A stretch of DNA of 55,838 bases from Armatimonadota bacterium (lineage in GTDB: Bacteria; Armatimonadota; UBA5829): positions 1 to 55,838 of the forward strand of contig JAAYKG010000158.1 of NCBI GenBank assembly GCA_012522555.1, in the 5' to 3' direction. Position 1 is the stretch's first letter. Each line of letters begins with the position of its first letter. This document shows, in pieces, positions 43,675 through 53,850 of this stretch. Under the pieces are notes generated by a model that searched no databases, had not been told where the DNA came from, and saw nothing but the letters and a program-made list of their open reading frames with translations. Both the position numbers and the translations under genes were made by a program.

Positions 43675-44019
43675 ATGACGGTGAAAGCCGTTAATAGCGC
43701 GCGTAGAAGGTGTACTGCAATGCACTGGCAAGACAGAGGCCCCGAAAAAACAGGACATAGTGAACGGGACTTCAAAGTCTGCGGCCTCTGCGACGCGCTC
43801 AACCCGGCGGACAATGCACAATGCCATGTCTGCGGATGGAACGGGTGGTTCTATAGGGATAAGGAGACGGTTCGCGACGCGATCAGGCAGGTGGCCGAAC
43901 GTTACGGCTCCGTCGATGATTCCCTATTCGTAGAAGAGGTAGTGCCGAGCACACCCCCTAAACCCGGAGTTTGGGCGGATGTGTGGGAATCGCTGAGAAG
44001 GTTGTTCGGCCGGGCTTAG
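43675..44019 (+). CDS. hypothetical zinc-ribbon protein
   Basis: 114-aa ORF with CGLCDALNPADNAQCHVCG (CxxC-N11-CxxC). The start may instead be ATG 43720. Confidence 0.5.
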   Translation: MTVKAVNSARRRCTAMHWQDRGPEKTGHSERDFKVCGLCDALNPADNAQCHVCGWNGWFYRDKETVRDAIRQVAERYGSVDDSLFVEEVVPSTPPKPGVWADVWESLRRLFGRA

Positions 44020-44053
44020 TGCGGTCGCGACCGTGACTTTGATTGGCCATTAG

Positions 44054-44079
44054 CGGGTTTGTCGCAATCGACAAACCCG
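44054..44079. terminator. terminator hairpin between convergent genes
   Basis: Perfect 11-bp stem CGGGTTTGTCG-CAAT-CGACAAACCCG, followed on the plus strand by TTCATATTT. Confidence 0.6.
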
Positions 44080-44090
44080 TTCATATTTGT

Positions 44091-44924
44091 CTATACAACC
44101 GCGATGTCGTTTTCGGATAACGCCACCTGCGCCCGAGCATTGAGTTCGAAACGTATCGCTTCTTGAGCGCTTGCGGACACTGTGCCGGTGACGCGAACCA
44201 CGTTTGAAGCCGCGCTGATTTGCACCAACCCCCCGCAGACCATCGGCTCGTTGATATCGTCAGGAAACTCATCAGCAACAGATTTGGCTACGGCCATAAG
44301 CACACTTCTTGCCTTGTCGATATCAGCTGAGGCGGCTATCGCATAATCGACAGATAGGAGCAGATCCCCCCGAGACTGGTTGCAAACCTGGGTTATGTCC
44401 CCATTACTCAATGTATATAGTTTACCGACCGCATCTCGGATGCGAGTCGTGCGTATTTGCAAGTCCTCAACAACGCCCGTCACCAATCCAATGGTTACAT
44501 AATCGCCGATGCCGTACTGGTCTTCGATCAGGATAAAGAAGCCGGAAATAACGTCGCGCACCAGCTTTTGTGCGCCGAATCCTATGGCGAGACCCGCGAT
44601 ACTGGCAGTGGTCAATAACGGAACTATGTTAATCCCGGCGGCTTGCAGGATCATAATTGCAGCCAAAAAACCCAATATGAAACCGATCGCACTGCCGATC
44701 ATACTTCGCAAAGCATGCAAACGCGCTCTTCTGGCATGCAGCATCTCCCCGTCCAGCCTTGCCAAAGAGGACTTAAGAAGCCCGCCTATCACCCTGCGAA
44801 TCAAAAAGCGCAAGATCAGATAGGCCGTAACTATGACCGCGATTTTGATGGTCGCTACAAGAATTCTCTCAGCGTGACCACGCCAGAAAGTTGACCAATA
44901 AGCTATTGTGAACAAGTTACTCAC
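44091..44924 (-). CDS. MscS-family mechanosensitive channel
   Basis: 277-aa ORF with three N-terminal TM helices and the MscS core block GFGAQKLVRDVISGFFILIEDQYGIGDYV. Confidence 0.9.
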   Translation of the reverse strand: MSNLFTIAYWSTFWRGHAERILVATIKIAVIVTAYLILRFLIRRVIGGLLKSSLARLDGEMLHARRARLHALRSMIGSAIGFILGFLAAIMILQAAGINIVPLLTTASIAGLAIGFGAQKLVRDVISGFFILIEDQYGIGDYVTIGLVTGVVEDLQIRTTRIRDAVGKLYTLSNGDITQVCNQSRGDLLLSVDYAIAASADIDKARSVLMAVAKSVADEFPDDINEPMVCGGLVQISAASNVVRVTGTVSASAQEAIRFELNARAQVALSENDIAVV

Positions 44925-44948
44925 TGAAGGCTATCCTTGATATCCGTT

Positions 44949-45001
44949 CAAAAAACAAAGGCGTGGGGATAGAAAAGGCCCGCTTTTCTGTCCTTCACGC
45001 C
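44949..45001 (-). terminator. rho-independent terminator after ftsZ
   Basis: Minus-strand hairpin with base GGCGUG/CACGCC and an inner 7-bp stem AGAAAAG/CUUUUCU, followed directly by UUUGUUUUUUG. Confidence 0.6.
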
Positions 45002-45028
45002 CCTGTTAAATATACGGATATGCTATTT

Positions 45029-46129
45029 CTATCTTCTCCGCAAAAACGCCGGAATATCTAACTCTACTTCGGATGGATGACTGGACTCTGATGTGACAGT
45101 CGCGTCAGAGTTTCTCTGCGACCCGCCTTGCCCAGCCGCCGTCGCCGCTCTGGTGAGTATGGGCTGGGGCGTTCGTTCGGCAGCATCAAAGCCGGTAGCA
45201 AGCACTGTAATTCGTACTTCGTTGTTCAGGGACTCATCTACAACGGTGCCGAATATGACGTTAACATTGTCCGCATCGCAGGCCTTATAGATGATGTCGG
45301 CAGCTTCATAAACTTCAGTCAATGTCAGATCTACGCCGCCTGTGATGTTAATCAGAACGCCGCGCGCGCCGTCGATCGTTGTCTCCAGCAGTGGGCTGGC
45401 GCATGCCATTTCGGCCGCTTTAACCGCCTTGTCGTCACCAGATCCCTGGCCGATGCCCATCAAAGCGGTTCCCTGGTTTTCCATTATGGTTTTGACGTCG
45501 GCAAAGTCAACGTTGATCATTCCGGGGATGGTGATGATATCGGAGATACCCTGCACTCCCTGTCGGACAACATCGTCAGCCACTTTGAACGCGTCAACTA
45601 GCGTCGCGCGCTTTTCGACGACGCTCAGCAAGCGATCGTTGGGTATGGTGATAAGGGTATCGACACGATCCTTTAGTTCGTTGGTGCCTGCCTCGGCCAC
45701 AAGTCCTCGCTTTGGCCCCTCGAAAGTGAACGGCTTGGTGACAACCGCGACAGTTAGCGCGCCCAATTCTTTGGATAGTTCGGCGATTACCGGCGCCGCT
45801 CCGGTTCCAGTCCCGCCGCCCATTCCAGCAGCTATAAAGACCATATCCGCGCCCTCGAGAAGCCTGCGGATCTCCGGCCGACTTTCCTCGGCGGATGCAC
45901 GCCCGACCTCAGGATTGCCCCCGGCGCCCAGCCCTCTGGTCAGGCTGCCGCCAAGCTGGAGCTTGCTTTTGGCATCGGACATACCAAGCACCTGGGTATC
46001 GGTGTTCATCGCCATAAAATCGACACCCGACACCCCAGCGTCTATCATTCGATTGACGGCGTTCATCCCACCTCCGCCGACACCGATCACTTTTATCTTT
46101 GCGTAATAATCAGAACCACCGTTTCCCAT
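45029..46129 (-). CDS. ftsZ: cell division GTPase FtsZ
   Basis: Tubulin signature GGGTGTG, N-terminal [17 protein letters not shown], and the C-terminal anchor peptide DIPAFLRRR. Start trimmed to ATG 46127-46129; TTG 46138 is the longest option. Confidence 0.97.
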   Translation of the reverse strand: MGNGGSDYYAKIKVIGVGGGGMNAVNRMIDAGVSGVDFMAMNTDTQVLGMSDAKSKLQLGGSLTRGLGAGGNPEVGRASAEESRPEIRRLLEGADMVFIAAGMGGGTGTGAAPVIAELSKELGALTVAVVTKPFTFEGPKRGLVAEAGTNELKDRVDTLITIPNDRLLSVVEKRATLVDAFKVADDVVRQGVQGISDIITIPGMINVDFADVKTIMENQGTALMGIGQGSGDDKAVKAAEMACASPLLETTIDGARGVLINITGGVDLTLTEVYEAADIIYKACDADNVNVIFGTVVDESLNNEVRITVLATGFDAAERTPQPILTRAATAAGQGGSQRNSDATVTSESSHPSEVELDIPAFLRRR

Positions 46130-46183
46130 CTCTCGCAAGCTCCTCTCACGCGATTAACACGATATAATTGCTTAGTTAGACCA

Positions 46184-47422
46184 CTACTGGTCTCGTCTTG
46201 TGAACAACTTAAAGAGTCCCCGCAACCCACCCTTTAGTTTAGCGGTTTTCTGCTTGCTCCGCAAGTCTAAATGCTGTTTTGCGGCATACATTGCCAGCCC
46301 AACAGCGGTGGTATGAATCGGAGTATTCACTGAATCGATCTGCCCGCCTACGCCGCGAGGCAGCCCGAGCCGGACCGGCATCGACAATAATTTTTCGGCC
46401 ATATCTACGACGCCGGGAAGTATAGCTCCTCCACCGGTGATGACCGCTCCACCCGGGAGCATGCCCTGATAACCGGATTTTATAAGCTCCTCGCGGATTT
46501 TCTCGAAAATTTCCTCCATTCGCGGCTCGATGATGCTTGCCAGCAAACTCCGAGGCAGCTCGCTCGGTTCATCCGCACTCAGTCTGGATACCTGGAACAA
46601 CTCGTCCTCGCCAACCATGTCCATCGACGCACAGCCATACTCGATTTTGACGCGCTCGGCTTCCTCGGCAGAGCTTCGCAAACCAACGGCGATATCCTTG
46701 GTCACGTGGCTGCCGCCGATTGGGAGAGCCGCAGTGTAGAGTATTACCCCATCAATAAATAACGCGACATTAGTCGTCCCGCCGCCAATGTCTATCAGCG
46801 CAACCCCCAAATCCCTTTCGGCATCCTGCACAGTAGCTATGCCCGTCGCTATCTGCTCGAGCACCTCTCGGTCGATGGCCAGATCAGCCTGCTGGACACA
46901 TTTGACGACGTTATCCAAAAACGCCGTCGAGCCGGTGACTATATGCGTTTCGACCTCAAGTCTGCCGCCAAACATTCCGACCGGATCTTTGATCCCATCC
47001 TGTCCATCGACAATGAATCCGCGAGGGATCGAGTGTATGATTTCGCGCTCCGGCGGCAACACTATCACCCTTGATGCCTCCACCACACGCTCGACGTCGA
47101 GGCTTGAGATTTCGTTGTCCTCCGATGCAATAGCTATCACTCCCCGGCTGTTGAGGGATGATACATGCTCGCCGGTCACTCCGACCACAACTGTCCTTAT
47201 TTGTATATTGCCTGCCTGTTTTTGAGCATCGTCGACAGCGGCTCGGATGGACTGGGTGGTCGAGTCCAGGTCGACGACGACGCCCTTTCGGACGCCTTCG
47301 GACGGAGCCAGACCGGCGCCGAGAATTTCGATAGCGCTTGAGGCCAGATCAACATCAGCCAACACACAGCATGTTTTTGTAGTCCCTATATCGAGACCGG
47401 CAATATATTCTTTTCGGTTCAA
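46184..47422 (-). CDS. ftsA: cell division protein FtsA
   Basis: 412-aa actin-fold ORF (GLDIGTTKTCCVL, DIGGGTTNVA), located directly upstream of ftsZ. TTG start. Confidence 0.95.
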   Translation of the reverse strand: MNRKEYIAGLDIGTTKTCCVLADVDLASSAIEILGAGLAPSEGVRKGVVVDLDSTTQSIRAAVDDAQKQAGNIQIRTVVVGVTGEHVSSLNSRGVIAIASEDNEISSLDVERVVEASRVIVLPPEREIIHSIPRGFIVDGQDGIKDPVGMFGGRLEVETHIVTGSTAFLDNVVKCVQQADLAIDREVLEQIATGIATVQDAERDLGVALIDIGGGTTNVALFIDGVILYTAALPIGGSHVTKDIAVGLRSSAEEAERVKIEYGCASMDMVGEDELFQVSRLSADEPSELPRSLLASIIEPRMEEIFEKIREELIKSGYQGMLPGGAVITGGGAILPGVVDMAEKLLSMPVRLGLPRGVGGQIDSVNTPIHTTAVGLAMYAAKQHLDLRSKQKTAKLKGGLRGLFKLFTRRDQ

Positions 47423-47423
47423 A

Positions 47424-47780
47424 TTAGCCCTCGCGCTTTCTGCTCATTGCCGTCTGAGTGAGCCAATATCGGCGGATAAGTGACAGGTTCAGAAACACCC
47501 TGCCGCCGAGAGCCACCACGGCCGCAAGCCACAAATCAACCCCGATCTTGTCACCTAGAAATGCAAGAAGAGCCGCCAGAACTGTGTTCGACACAAATCC
47601 TGAGATAAAGATGTCATCGTGGAATTTGCCTTCGATTCCAGCTCTGATCCCCCCAAAGATCGAATCGACTCCCGCAAGAGTGGCAAGCGACAGATAGCTG
47701 GCATAATCCGGAGGAAGCCGAAGCGGCAGCCAGTAGATGGAAAACCCAATTATCAGCCCTAAAATGGGCAGCCAAAGCAT
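47424..47780 (-). CDS. sbp: small basic protein (DUF1290, Sbp-like)
   Basis: 118-aa membrane ORF (MLWLPILGLIIG..., GVDSIFGGIRAG) between the DUF881 gene and ftsA, as in the Bacillus-type dcw cluster. Confidence 0.75.
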   Translation of the reverse strand: MLWLPILGLIIGFSIYWLPLRLPPDYASYLSLATLAGVDSIFGGIRAGIEGKFHDDIFISGFVSNTVLAALLAFLGDKIGVDLWLAAVVALGGRVFLNLSLIRRYWLTQTAMSRKREG

Positions 47781-47884
47781 TCAAAACTCCGAAGATTTAT
47801 AGTATCAGATATAGTTATTTGCCGCCAGCAGCCTTCCCTTCCGCCATTGGAAAAGAATTCCAAAGACTTCAACTGCCGGATGGG

Positions 47885-48634
47885 CTATTGAGCATTTTTG
47901 CTGGGCACTGCATATTTATATCGAGTACTGCCAGTAAAAGCCGGCACTACAATATTGGGCTGTCTAGTTATCTCGATCATATCGAGCAAGATCAACCCAT
48001 CCGCCACTCCTCCGGGTATTTTCAACCCGTTTTCAAGGGTCTCTGGCTTGCCAATCGCTTTAATGACAAACGGGGGAGCAATCTGGGTGGAGTTGACCAG
48101 CACTACCGGCCCCACGCAGCGAATGGACGACGTCGCCACCAAGCGTTGTCCGTTCAGAGAAATAGCCTCCGCACCGGAGGCAAACAGCTCGTTTACGATT
48201 CCCCGTATGTCCGAATCATGGATAATATAGTCGTTTACGACGTCCTGGCGGGTTTCGGACGGGTTTCTCTTAGGGCTGTCGTGCAGCAGCACAATAACCC
48301 CTGGCCCCTGAACAGCCACGGTCCCGGCGGCCATTTTTGTCTCGTCGAGTACGCGCTCGATTTCCTGGGTTCCGCCGATCTTGTTGGCCTGCTCTTTGAC
48401 GAGCTTTTCGATCCTGGTTTTATTTTCCGTCAGCTCTTTTTCGAGATCGATATTTTGTTGTTTTAGAATCCGATACGCCTTTCGCAGCGCGACGGGGCGT
48501 GCGGGTTCGTTGCTCTCTATCGCCTGGCGTTGGGTTTTGAGTGACAACGCAAGCAACATACCAAGGACAATACAAAGCGCAGTTATTTGCCAGAGCCAGG
48601 CTTTGCCACGCACCGGTGGCGCTAATGTCGACAT
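47885..48634 (-). CDS. DUF881-domain division-associated protein
   Basis: 249-aa ORF with an N-terminal TM, a coiled coil, and VQGPGVIVLLHDSP plus IHDSDIRGIVNELFASGAEAISLNGQR, which are typical DUF881 blocks. Confidence 0.8.
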   Translation of the reverse strand: MSTLAPPVRGKAWLWQITALCIVLGMLLALSLKTQRQAIESNEPARPVALRKAYRILKQQNIDLEKELTENKTRIEKLVKEQANKIGGTQEIERVLDETKMAAGTVAVQGPGVIVLLHDSPKRNPSETRQDVVNDYIIHDSDIRGIVNELFASGAEAISLNGQRLVATSSIRCVGPVVLVNSTQIAPPFVIKAIGKPETLENGLKIPGGVADGLILLDMIEITRQPNIVVPAFTGSTRYKYAVPSKNAQ

Positions 48635-48644
48635 TTTTCTCCCG

Positions 48645-49454
48645 CTAAGACGCAGTCAGCAGGGTCGCCTTACGTTTCCACACGGGCGCGGAAGGGCAGC
48701 TTAGGTCGATATACTCCCCTTCGCGAGCAATCGACGGCCTTTCCAGCAGCGCATGTCGCAATAATGACATTTTTCGTGCAATCTCGTCCGGCTGACCCAG
48801 CTTAACGCATAAATCGCTGTCCATATTTAAGCATATATCACCGAACTGGTCAACGATAATCTTGCGAAATTCAGTCTGGTGCTGGGCGGCTATCCGGATT
48901 ATCTGCAAAACGCTGCTAACAGCCGGGGATTGGCAGCGCTGGCCAGGCTTAAGGGGTGTTGCCGTTGCAAGATGAACCATCGGAGCGCCTTTTGGAACTG
49001 CAGAAGTTTTATGAAACACAAAACCATCTGATTGAATGAGATACCAGTGACCGTCGTTGATTATAGCCGCACATGGCTCCCGTTCCCAGACTCTCACCCA
49101 AAGTTTATTTGGATATTTCCGCCCCATTTTAACGAACTGCACTTCGTTGTGGTCGGCGATTTTTCGCAACATTGAAGCCTTGCGGAATAGAACTATATTA
49201 GATCCGACTGCCGCGCCGGTGATTTTTTCGATCGCCTTGGCATCTGCCAATTTCGCGCCTTTGATCTCGACCGAAGTAATGTTCATCCTCGGATTTGTGA
49301 GAGCAAAAGTGATCGATCCAGCGGTCAAAAAAGCCATCACAAAAATGGAAAACAACAACAAATAGTTGGGTTTGCGCCGATTTCTTGGTCGTTTTCGACT
49401 AGTAGCACTGGTTCGCCGGGTTTTGACGCTTGTGGTTTTTGCCGTCCTTGACAA
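48645..49454 (-). CDS. ftsQ: cell division protein FtsQ/DivIB (POTRA)
   Basis: 269-aa ORF with a basic N-terminus, a single TM, and a POTRA-like segment NITSVEIKGAKLADAKAIEKI. Its dcw position lies between ddl and ftsA. Confidence 0.8.
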   Translation of the reverse strand: MSRTAKTTSVKTRRTSATSRKRPRNRRKPNYLLLFSIFVMAFLTAGSITFALTNPRMNITSVEIKGAKLADAKAIEKITGAAVGSNIVLFRKASMLRKIADHNEVQFVKMGRKYPNKLWVRVWEREPCAAIINDGHWYLIQSDGFVFHKTSAVPKGAPMVHLATATPLKPGQRCQSPAVSSVLQIIRIAAQHQTEFRKIIVDQFGDICLNMDSDLCVKLGQPDEIARKMSLLRHALLERPSIAREGEYIDLSCPSAPVWKRKATLLTAS

Positions 49455-49456
49455 CT

Positions 49457-50494
49457 CTACTCACCCTCCTCGCAAGCTAACTCGATCAACATATCCAGCA
49501 ACTGCCCAAATGAAATGCCCACGGCTTTTGCCGCTTCAGGCAGAAGGCTGGTCGGCGTCATACCTGGTATAGTATTCACCTCAAGAACGCGCATTCCTTC
49601 TGATCCGGCGATTAAATCAACCCGAGCCATGCCACTGCAGCCCAAGGATTTGAAAGACTTCACCGCGAGCTTTTGCGCCAGGGCAGTGTCGGAATCACTT
49701 AGCCGGGCGGGAATAATATGCTCCGAGCCGCCCAGCGCATATTTGGATTCGTAGTCATAATACTCGCTTTTTGGGATTATCTCGATTACCGGAAGCGCAT
49801 ACGCCTCGCCGTTTCCCAGAACGCTGACGGTCAATTCCGGCCCGGAGACGAATTGCTCAACGACTATCTGGTCGTCATATACGGCCGCTTTCTCAATAGC
49901 CTGGTCGAGCATATCGGCTGATTTCACTTTCGTCATCCCTATAGTCGACCCTTGCCGGCTGGGCTTCACCATCACGGGATAGCCTATGCGAGCGACCGAC
50001 TCCGCGACACCCCCACGATCCCATTCGCCATCGCCAACCGTGAAATCGACCGAATCCGGAACAGGGATTCCGTCAGCGGCCAGGACTTTTTTGGCCATCG
50101 ATTTGTCCATAGCAAGTGCGCTGGACAACACCCCCGAGCCGGTATATGGTATGCCGAAAAGCTCCAACATGCCCTGAATTGTGCCATCCTCACCATATTT
50201 GCCGTGCAGCGCTATGAAAACGCAATCGACTTTCGTATGAGAACCCGAACCTATTATGCTGTCGACTGCGGCTAACGCTGCCATCGCTTCCCTGGCCTGA
50301 CTTACCGCATCGATCTCCATATCCGCGCCCTTGAGAACGCTTCGGCTGCTGCCGGTAAGCAGCGCCGCATCGACCCCGAAAGCATCATATTTGTTTGAAT
50401 CAAGAGACTCAAGTATCTGTTTGCCCGTGGAAAGAGACACGTCTCTTTCCGATGATATGCCGCCCATCAGGACAGCGACCCGCTTCTTCACCAT
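49457..50494 (-). CDS. ddl: D-alanine--D-alanine ligase
   Basis: 345-aa ATP-grasp ORF with VAVLMGGISSERDVS, FIALHGKYGEDGTIQG, and the C-terminal VLEVNTIPGMT. Confidence 0.95.
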   Translation of the reverse strand: MVKKRVAVLMGGISSERDVSLSTGKQILESLDSNKYDAFGVDAALLTGSSRSVLKGADMEIDAVSQAREAMAALAAVDSIIGSGSHTKVDCVFIALHGKYGEDGTIQGMLELFGIPYTGSGVLSSALAMDKSMAKKVLAADGIPVPDSVDFTVGDGEWDRGGVAESVARIGYPVMVKPSRQGSTIGMTKVKSADMLDQAIEKAAVYDDQIVVEQFVSGPELTVSVLGNGEAYALPVIEIIPKSEYYDYESKYALGGSEHIIPARLSDSDTALAQKLAVKSFKSLGCSGMARVDLIAGSEGMRVLEVNTIPGMTPTSLLPEAAKAVGISFGQLLDMLIELACEEGE

Positions 50495-52752
50495 TCGCCT
50501 ACCAATCTGACCTCGTATTCCAGCTCGATTCCATGTTTTTCTCGCACCATAGCTCTTACGCGTTCGGAGAGGGTGCGCAAATCCGCCGCCGTCGCATTGC
50601 CGGTGTTCATTATAAAATTAGCGTGCACAGTGGAGACTTCCGCCCCACCCTCGCGCAGGCCCTTTGCTCCGGCAGATTCGATCAACCTGCCAGCGCTTTT
50701 GTCCGCCGGGTTCTTGAAGAAACAGCCCGCGCTCTTACCTCTAGGTTGGGTCTCAGCGCGATGCTTCCGCACACTGCTCAAATGCTCTGTTATCGCCGAA
50801 CCATCACCAGGCGACAAAGCAAATGTAGCAGACGTAATAATCAAGGAGTGATCCGTCTGGAAGCGGCTGTTACGATACGTAAAGCCGCATTCCTCTTTTG
50901 ACAAGGTCTGTATCTCTCCGGCGCTGCTGACAACCGTGACACTCCGCGTGACCGCGTCTATGTAGCCGCGATGGGTTCCGGCGTTCATGACAATCGCCCC
51001 TCCGACGCTGCCCGGCACCGTTCCGACTCCCTCCAAACCGGTCAGCGACCGCTCTGCGGCCACATCCGCCACTTTGGATATGTCAACCCCGCCGCCAGCC
51101 TTTATAACGCTGCCGTCGACCTCGATGCCCGTCAGGGAGCCGCGCATCCGTATGACAACCCCACGAATTCCCTTGTCGGAAACCAGCAGATTCGCGCCGT
51201 CGCCGAGGATCATCCAGGGCAGGTCATGGGATGAGATATATTTCATCAAACCGGCGAGTTCTTCTTCGGATTCCACTTCGATATAATAATCAGCAGGCCC
51301 GCCGACCCCGAGGGTAGTATGGCTCGCCATCGGCTCGTTTTTTGTGAACTTCAGCGGAAAATCCATCGAGCGAGCAGATAGAAGCTCGGCTAAACGCTCG
51401 CTGGCGCGACGGATATCCCCTGCCCCGAGCACTATAACCATGTCTCCGTCATTGAGGGACTCGGCTAGTTCATCGGGGAGCGCGTCTATGTCCGCAGAGT
51501 AACGAGCGTTTTTATAGCCTTTTTGCGCCATCAAGCCGATAATAGACTCGGAGCCGACACCCTCGATTGGTTGTTCTCTGGCGGCGTAAATCGGCGCGAC
51601 TATAACCTGATCCGCGATGGAGAGCGCTTCGGCAATATCAGCCTGAAAAATCTGCGTGCGCGAATATAAATGAGGCTGAAATATCGCGATTATGCGCTTG
51701 TCGTATGCCGAGCGGGCTGCGGACAGTGTAGCTTTGATCTCCGATGGGTGGTGCGCATAATCGTCTACTACTAAGACCTTGCCGTCGTCATATAGCACTT
51801 CGAAGCGCCGCCCCGCGCCTCGAAAATCGGACAGCGCGCGAGCCACCACCTCAAATTCAATGCCCATCTCGAAAGCTGCCGCAGCAGCCGACAAGGAGTT
51901 CAGCACATTATGCATGCCGACGACTCCAAGATTGACCACCCCCAGCGGCCTGCCGCTACGAACCAGGGTGTAGGAGGGCCGTGGGGTGGATGTGTTTATG
52001 TCTACAGCCATCACATCCGGATCGCCTTCCACGCCATACCGCACGACTCTTCGTCCGCTCCGCTCACAAATCTTGCGCGCTCTCGCATCATCCCAGCACG
52101 CAATCACGACACCATCACCAGTTACCTGGCTGACGAACTGCGCAAACGCATTCTCGATATTTTCGACAGTCTTATAGTAGTCGAGATGATCTGCGTCGAT
52201 GTTGGTTATAACCGCAATGGATGGGTGCAGGTGCAGAAACGATCCAAATGCCTCGCATGCTTCAGTGAGGATGATCGAATCGCGCCCCAGCCTTGCATTG
52301 CCGCCCAGGCTCTTGAGATCACCGCCGATAAGCGCAGTAGCGTCGAGAGCCGCGCACTCGAATATCGTGTCTATCATCGAAGTAGTAGTGGTTTTGCCGT
52401 GAGTGCCCGCGACTGCAATCCGATGTTTGTATGGCTTCATCAAACGCCCGAGCATCTCCGGGCGTTCTATTGCAGAAATCTCGAGGCGGCGGGCTTCCGT
52501 AAGTTCGGGGTTGTCCGAAGGTATCGCCGCAGAATATACGACGACATCAGCCCCGTGAACGTTTTCCGCTCTGTGCCCGATCGAAATGGTGACACCCTCG
52601 GAACGCAATCTGTGGACAGCGTCGTTTTCCTGCTTGTCCGAGCCTGTCACTACAACCCCACGCTGATGGAGTATGTGTGCAATAGCGCTCATGCCACTGC
52701 CGCCTATACCGATGAGATGATATTTAGATTTTGGATAATCGTTCATTGCCAC
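50488..52752 (-). CDS. murC/murB: bifunctional MurC (UDP-MurNAc--L-Ala ligase) fused to MurB (UDP-GlcNAc-enolpyruvate reductase)
   Basis: Single uninterrupted 754-aa ORF. The N-terminal approx 460 aa carry MurC motifs (HLIGIGGSGMS, GTHGKTTTT, NIDADHLD). The C-terminal approx 290 aa carry MurB motifs (MASHTTLGVGGPADYY, GSVGGAIVMNAG, SAGCFFKNP). Confidence 0.9.
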   Translation of the reverse strand: MAMNDYPKSKYHLIGIGGSGMSAIAHILHQRGVVVTGSDKQENDAVHRLRSEGVTISIGHRAENVHGADVVVYSAAIPSDNPELTEARRLEISAIERPEMLGRLMKPYKHRIAVAGTHGKTTTTSMIDTIFECAALDATALIGGDLKSLGGNARLGRDSIILTEACEAFGSFLHLHPSIAVITNIDADHLDYYKTVENIENAFAQFVSQVTGDGVVIACWDDARARKICERSGRRVVRYGVEGDPDVMAVDINTSTPRPSYTLVRSGRPLGVVNLGVVGMHNVLNSLSAAAAAFEMGIEFEVVARALSDFRGAGRRFEVLYDDGKVLVVDDYAHHPSEIKATLSAARSAYDKRIIAIFQPHLYSRTQIFQADIAEALSIADQVIVAPIYAAREQPIEGVGSESIIGLMAQKGYKNARYSADIDALPDELAESLNDGDMVIVLGAGDIRRASERLAELLSARSMDFPLKFTKNEPMASHTTLGVGGPADYYIEVESEEELAGLMKYISSHDLPWMILGDGANLLVSDKGIRGVVIRMRGSLTGIEVDGSVIKAGGGVDISKVADVAAERSLTGLEGVGTVPGSVGGAIVMNAGTHRGYIDAVTRSVTVVSSAGEIQTLSKEECGFTYRNSRFQTDHSLIITSATFALSPGDGSAITEHLSSVRKHRAETQPRGKSAGCFFKNPADKSAGRLIESAGAKGLREGGAEVSTVHANFIMNTGNATAADLRTLSERVRAMVREKHGIELEYEVRLVGEW

Positions 52753-53850
52753 TCAATTTTTCGCGATGTTGAGCACTATGCTCGCCACTTTATCCGCCGC
52801 GTCGGGTTTGCCGAGGGCCGCGCTCGCCTGCGCCATCGCAGATAGTTTATCAGGATTTCCACGCAGATCCGAAATTATGTCCGCCAGTTGGGCCGGAGTC
52901 GTCGATAAATCATCACACAATACCGCCGCGCCGTGCTCGACTAGATGCTCGGCGTTGCGTTTTTGGTGCTGATCCTTATGATAAGGGTACGGAAACAAAA
53001 TGCTCGGCTTGCCGGCGGCTGTTATCTCCGCCACCGTGCCGCCGCTTCGGCTGATCACCAGATCCGCACTCGCAAGAGCCGCAGGCATATCTAAATATGC
53101 TTCGACACGATAGCGTGGATGTTCCTCCGGATCGCCGAGGGTGCAGCGCATTTCTTCGATATTTCGCTCGCCGACCTGATGCAGCAATTGGGTGGATTCG
53201 TTATCCACAAGAGGCCACGCGGAAGTGATTATCTCGTTCGGTTTTTTTGCGCCCTGGCTGCCCCCAACGGCAACGATGGTAAATAGATCGACATCCAGCC
53301 CTAATTTTTGCCTGGCATCCGATTTGGCGGGAAGCGATCGAAACTCTGCGCGAATCGGGAGCCCTGTTACCTCGGTTTTTCCTTCCGGCAGATAAGCTGT
53401 TGAGCTATCGAACGTCACACAAATCTTGTCTGCGATTTTGGCAAGAAGTGTGTTGGTGCGGCCGGGGCGGGCGTTTTGTTCGTGGATGACGATTCGGCCC
53501 CCAAGGGTGCGCTGTGCGGATAATATAGCGGCCGTAACATATCCGCCGGTGCCGACGACTACGTCGGGCTTGAATTGCTTCAGCGCTCGCCTGGCTCTGA
53601 ATATCCCCACAATCAATTTAGCCAGTGAGTTCATATTTCGCGCAGACAAGCTTTTCGTAAGTGGGCCGCTTGGGATGGGGACAAACTCCAGCCCTGCCTT
53701 GCGCGCTATATCACCTTCAGGCCCGTGTGAACTGCCGATGTAAAGTAGTTCGACCTCCGGGCTTGCCACTTTCAACGCCTGGGCTATACTGATTGCGGGA
53801 TACACATGTCCGCCGGTCCCCCCGCCTGTTAGCACGATTTTGCGTCTCAT
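52753..53850 (-). CDS. murG: undecaprenyl-PP-MurNAc-pentapeptide GlcNAc transferase MurG
   Basis: Frame of ORF 52753..54069 trimmed to ATG 53848-53850 (ATGA overlap with the ftsW stop). Sequence MRRKIVLTGGGTGGHVYPAISIA. Confidence 0.93.
   Translation of the reverse strand: MRRKIVLTGGGTGGHVYPAISIAQALKVASPEVELLYIGSSHGPEGDIARKAGLEFVPIPSGPLTKSLSARNMNSLAKLIVGIFRARRALKQFKPDVVVGTGGYVTAAILSAQRTLGGRIVIHEQNARPGRTNTLLAKIADKICVTFDSSTAYLPEGKTEVTGLPIRAEFRSLPAKSDARQKLGLDVDLFTIVAVGGSQGAKKPNEIITSAWPLVDNESTQLLHQVGERNIEEMRCTLGDPEEHPRYRVEAYLDMPAALASADLVISRSGGTVAEITAAGKPSILFPYPYHKDQHQKRNAEHLVEHGAAVLCDDLSTTPAQLADIISDLRGNPDKLSAMAQASAALGKPDAADKVASIVLNIAKN

Noticed and set aside
45342-46106. 254-aa plus-strand Ser/Pro/Thr-rich ORF
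   Set aside because: It is antisense to ftsZ, with the low-complexity composition typical of a shadow frame.
51910-52845. 311-aa plus-strand ORF
   Set aside because: It is antisense to the MurC part of the murC::murB gene. I treat it as a shadow ORF.
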